The notes under the pieces were generated by a model, which saw only the letters and a program-made list of their open reading frames with translations, ran no database searches and was not told the DNA's origin. From Nemertoderma westbladi (Eukaryota; Animalia; Xenacoelomorpha): a stretch of 38,342 nt of DNA. This document shows, in pieces, positions 34,406-38,342 of this stretch. Location: assembly GCA_032718475.1 (NCBI GenBank), contig JAUCBJ010007199.1:1-38342 (forward strand). Direction: 5' to 3'. How positions within the stretch are numbered: position 1 is the stretch's first letter; every line of letters starts with the position of its first letter. The position numbers were made by a program, and so were the translations under genes.

Positions 34406-35608
34406 TGTTCGCGCTTTCAGACCTTTGGCAGTTTAACCCACCAAATTAAGATGTCTTCTAGATATTAAATCGGTTTTTAGTCTATGACAAGTATTTGATT
34501 CACTACACTAGTCGAAACCAATCTGTGCGCGATCATTCACCCGCTGGATATTCCCGGGAGATTGGGTTCGACGGTTTAATTTTATTGCTATGTAAGCCTA
34601 ATGTATTATTCGACTGACAGTATTATATAATCTCTGACAATATTATTCACCTTCGGGAATATTAACAGTTCCTTTAGGACGTGGCGCTTTATCTATATAA
34701 ACAGAGTTATGACTTAAACTACTCACAACGATATGGCTCAATTATAATTCACATATATGGCGCATTCTTTAGGAATTGCTTCTTTAACAGACTCGCTCAT
34801 ACACAATGCTGCACAATACTGCACACTAATCTGCCAATCTTCACTGATTTTAGTCACATATAAAAGGAACACAGACTGACTCATGTAGGGTCTATCAAAT
34901 AACATTAGATTCACTTCAAACCACTTTAACATAAGTCACAATCGTTATTGGTAACCTTTCTCTCTTACCTTCGGTATATCAAGAATATTGGGTTTCGGGG
35001 TTATTTATCGTTATTCCAAATATAATAATTCATCAACCATATTATGAAGAACTGACAGTAAATAGCAGTATAAAACAACAATGAAAACACTGATTGTTAT
35101 GAGTTTGCAATGTTTCAGCAGTCAGTATGTATGATCAGTTAGCAGTAGTCGTTAGTTAAAGGATATATGTCCTTATAATTAAACCTACTAGTGTAAGACT
35201 AAAAACTGAAACACGGAGGTGCCAAAAGCCGGTTCTTAGGCTCTGGGCAAAAACATCACACTGAACTACTGAGTTTCTGTATATACCTCCAACACAGAGA
35301 CAACAAACGCTCTGATTGGTCAACCTGAACAACGAGAGAACAAAGAAACAAAGAAACGTCGACGTGGCAATATCAGCTGCTAGCCGTCGTCATGGTAGCG
35401 ACGCTGTTTTCAAGAGTATCGAGCTTTTACGTCACGGAATTACGGATTATGTCCTCTAAAGTACAAATACAGAAGAAATAGCTTTTATGTCCGCTAAAAC
35501 ACCAGTACAGCAAGGACACGGCCTTTTTATGCCTGTTAAACCAACTACAGAGTATTTTACGGGAAAAATAAGGAAAAGTAACCGGACAATTCAGCAAAAG
35601 CTTTTACA
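34406..35608 (-). mobile_element. Solo LTR B (1203 bp), same family as LTR A
   Basis: TG...CA ends, 5-bp TSD TGTTC (34401-34405, 35609-35613); splits SRIEH|ENSIRN, which is contiguous in the paralogue at about 38240. Confidence 0.92.
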
Positions 35609-35952
35609 TGTTCTATTCTCGATTTGTCGTTTCGACTCCGCTGGGTATGATATTTAAATAAAACCATTTCCCTTTCGGTATCGACATCGTCGGTGTCGTG
35701 TAAATCAATAGGATGACCAGTAGTCAAGAAGTCCATATACGTACCATTACGATGCGTATAGCGAGCCGTGAACTTTCTATAGTCCAATTCACGCGTAAGT
35801 TGCTCCTGGGACATTGGCGGTTCGATATAACGACCATCGTCCTCCGTAGTAGTTGGATCAGCGTCGCCGCGTATCAAGCTATCGACAAACGCTTGTAAAG
35901 GTAGAATATATCTCTCCCTGATACCAAGATCATCTTCTATTAATTCAGTCAT
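35609..35952 (-). pseudogene. N-terminal fragment of the large ORF
   Basis: MTELIEDD...DLHDTDDVDTEREMVLFKYHTQRSRNDKSRIEH, homologous to 38342-38245. Confidence 0.8.
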
Positions 35953-36781
35953 ATCTGCTATACGAGTTCACCAATATTATAATGAGTTTATATATTTATT
36001 AGGCGAGCGGGCGTCGCTGCCTACTTCTCCCTTGCCCCCGGACAGTATGAGATTCTCAGCGCCGATGTACCGCTGTCGCTATACTTTCGCCAACGACGTA
36101 GCCGTACAACGACAACGATAACCGGCACAAGTCACTCAACTGTCCGTCCCAAAGGCTTAGATGTACTTCAGGTTTTCCTTGGAGAGTTAGGTTACTTTTA
36201 CGATTGCGACTAGCTACTGTAAACACACTTTAGCAGTAACATTCACCTATAAACTCACAAATACCACACAACTGGTCACAACTACGCACATTCGGGCCAT
36301 TTGTCCGTTAGTCAATGCCTTCCAGAATGTCACTGTATTATTATGTATCCTTGGATACTAGCAGTGTGCTATTTATTCCCTATGCTATTCAATGGGACAA
36401 GCTTTCTATTGTTCTTTTAACTTAATTCCAATTCTAGCGTGGTTGTTGCTATGGTGACATTATGCAAAGCTAGCGGTAGAATTAGGGTAATTCCAATGCA
36501 TACAGATCTGGGATGTTATTTAATAGTATTCTTTAATAGTCAATGTTCTGTTTTATACATGACTTTATGAATTTTATCGGCTATTGACTATGTTTGGAAG
36601 ACTTTCGCACACTCATATGCATAATAAGATAAATCTCCGCTCCCTTGATCTATTAATTAATGGAATTTTGGGAATGTTATAAATTGCGTAAAAATGGCAA
36701 TTTATTAAATTCATTAAAAGGCATGAATTTAAATTTATTCCCTGAAATTTTATTATTTGATAATTAAATGGACATATTTTG

Positions 36782-37058
36782 ATTCTAGAACATGTCTGGG
36801 GACACAAGATCCTTAATTCTATGACAATTGTCCTTTTAAGAATATCGGTAAATGCTACGATATCTTAATTGACTAGAATTGTTGAAGGATCTGAATTTTA
36901 CAGATTTTGATTTATTAGATTTGCAAATATTAAATAATTAATATTTGAGATGGGCACCGATTTATTCCAGAACTTGTCTGGGGACGTTAACCACTGATTC
37001 TAGAATTTGTCTTTCAAGTATATCGGTGGGTGCCGCGATATCTTAATCGACTAGAATT
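36782..37058. repeat. Degenerate direct repeat (~95-bp core, ~180-bp period, 2 copies)
   Basis: AGAAC.TGTCTGGGGAC...TATCGGT...TGC..CGATATCTTAAT.GACTAGAATT at about 36782-36880 and 36964-37058. Confidence 0.7.
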
Positions 37059-37235
37059 ACAGATGGTCAAAGGGTTTAACAGATTTATTTTGCGTTATAC
37101 GCTACTGTTAAAGGGACATCACGCTACTATATGTATTATTTAATATACGGTATGAGAGCAATATCGCACGAAGCAATGTCAGTGTGAAGAGGCAAGTCGT
37201 TTCCAAGGTCTACCCAGAGCTTGGTATCTGCCGTT

Positions 37236-38342
37236 TCGATATGCTTCTCCTCGAGCTGATTTTCCTCCGCTTGTCATGGAATACGTTCGTCCAAAACTCT
37301 CGCAGAGAATAGGGTTTTCTAAGCTTGATATCTTCTTTGAGATTCGAGGTTTCCCAATCGAACTGAGAGAAGGCCAATTTGTTTATCGATTGGACTTACT
37401 GTTGTAACTTACGTTTATCTGAACAAACGCAGGTTTCTTTTTGATCTTTATAGAATAGCGTTTACCTCGTTTCGTACAACGCTCTCCTTCACCTTGATGA
37501 AGGGTTGTATCGCGTTAAACGGGACGACCATACGGTTGGATAGTGATATTAGGTGTCTGCGTCATAATCCAGCTAGGTAAGATGGGCGGCTAGCTAGAAA
37601 TCACTGTCGGAGTGTTACCGATTAATTGTTAGGGTAGCACTAGATCTTGAACAGTGAATACTGTCCGCGAGGATCCGCGACACCACCAGGATCGCAGGTC
37701 TGAGGTCCAACTAAGGAATGAGGAGGTTTGACCGAGTATTCCGGGACTCTGATCGTAGGTTTACTCTAGGATCGTTAGAGCCGAGTGAGCATAGGTGATA
37801 CGTCAAACAAGTTTCGCTCGAAACTCCAGTAAATATAACGAACACAACTGTGTTTAACACAACGTTTCCGTGGATGTTTATGTCTTTCCGTTTATTGGCT
37901 GGGTCTAGGGCATTTACCGTAATAATACCCAAAAACGTACGTCTTGTAGGGGAAACGCGAGTGATCTTTCTCCAGCTTACAATATTCCTCCATCCGTTCG
38001 AAGCTATTCGGTACAACAGGTAGCGGTCGATCGGCGGTAAGATACATCATAGGGGAATCGAGCCGTTTGAGTTCTACCATGCGGTCATGATGTATACCTT
38101 GAGGATATCGAGTTTCTAGATTTTGTTGACTGGCAATATTGAGATATGTTTCTATCAGGAATTCCAGATAATCGTTGAAGTCGCTGCGTTTATCCGGCTC
38201 CTCAACGTCTTCTCTTTCGAGTCTGTTTCGAATAGAATTCTCGTGTTCCATTCTTGGTTTATCGTTCCGCCTCCGCTGGGTAGGATATTTCAATCGTACC
38301 ATTTCCCTTTTGGTGTCGACATTGTCCGTATCGTGTAAATCG
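37236..38342 (-). pseudogene. Decayed paralogue of the N-terminal part of the large ORF
   Basis: Aligns with 35700-35609 plus 34405-33380 (…MMYLTADRPLPVVP.SFE.MEEYCK…AEENQLEE.HIE), with stops and frameshifts; diverges before the exonuclease domain. Confidence 0.85.

Larger units (their letters stand above)
29215..38342 (-). mobile_element. 3' portion of an LTR retroelement carrying a DEDDy-exonuclease/Zn-knuckle ORF; 5' end probably outside the window
   Basis: 3' LTR at 29215-30407, PPT-like GGGAGCGG abutting it, and a large ORF ending about 80 nt before the LTR. No 5' LTR, gag or pol seen, so the right boundary is uncertain. Confidence 0.7.

Noticed and set aside
29215-35608. LTR A and LTR B as the two ends of one 6.4-kb element
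   Set aside because: LTR B has its own TSD (TGTTC) and splits an ORF, the outer flanks AGGCC/TGTTC do not match, and the U3 regions differ.

Overview
AT-rich, transposon-dense animal genomic DNA, probably an invertebrate (spliceosomal introns; the organism cannot be named from the sequence). Host genes: a 5'-truncated GT31 beta-1,3-galactosyltransferase-type ORF (493-1236), an intronless and strongly diverged EHD/RME-1/Past1-family ATPase with a long C-terminal extension (16288-18693), and the first five coding exons of TRAPPC9 (23460-28359). Mobile DNA: two families of RTE-like LINE fragments with (TAG)n tails; a young BEL/Pao LTR element (7607-15378, TSD CTGGT) nested in a LINE, encoding gag and protease but no recognisable RT or integrase, with a possible self-priming structure instead of a tRNA primer-binding site; and many MITE, foldback and tandem repeats. 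Main finding: antisense to TRAPPC9, downstream of exon 5, is the 3' part of an LTR retroelement whose last ORF before the PPT and 3' LTR is not pol or env. It encodes a DEDDy (RNase D/WRN/EXD/Mut-7-like) 3'-5' exonuclease plus three Zn knuckles. Removing a solo LTR of the same family (TSD TGTTC) and a 5-nt insertion restores one ORF of about 1417 aa. The two related LTRs share R/U5 but differ in U3, and a decayed paralogue of the N-terminal module lies upstream. All family assignments are by-eye motif recognition; no database search was run.
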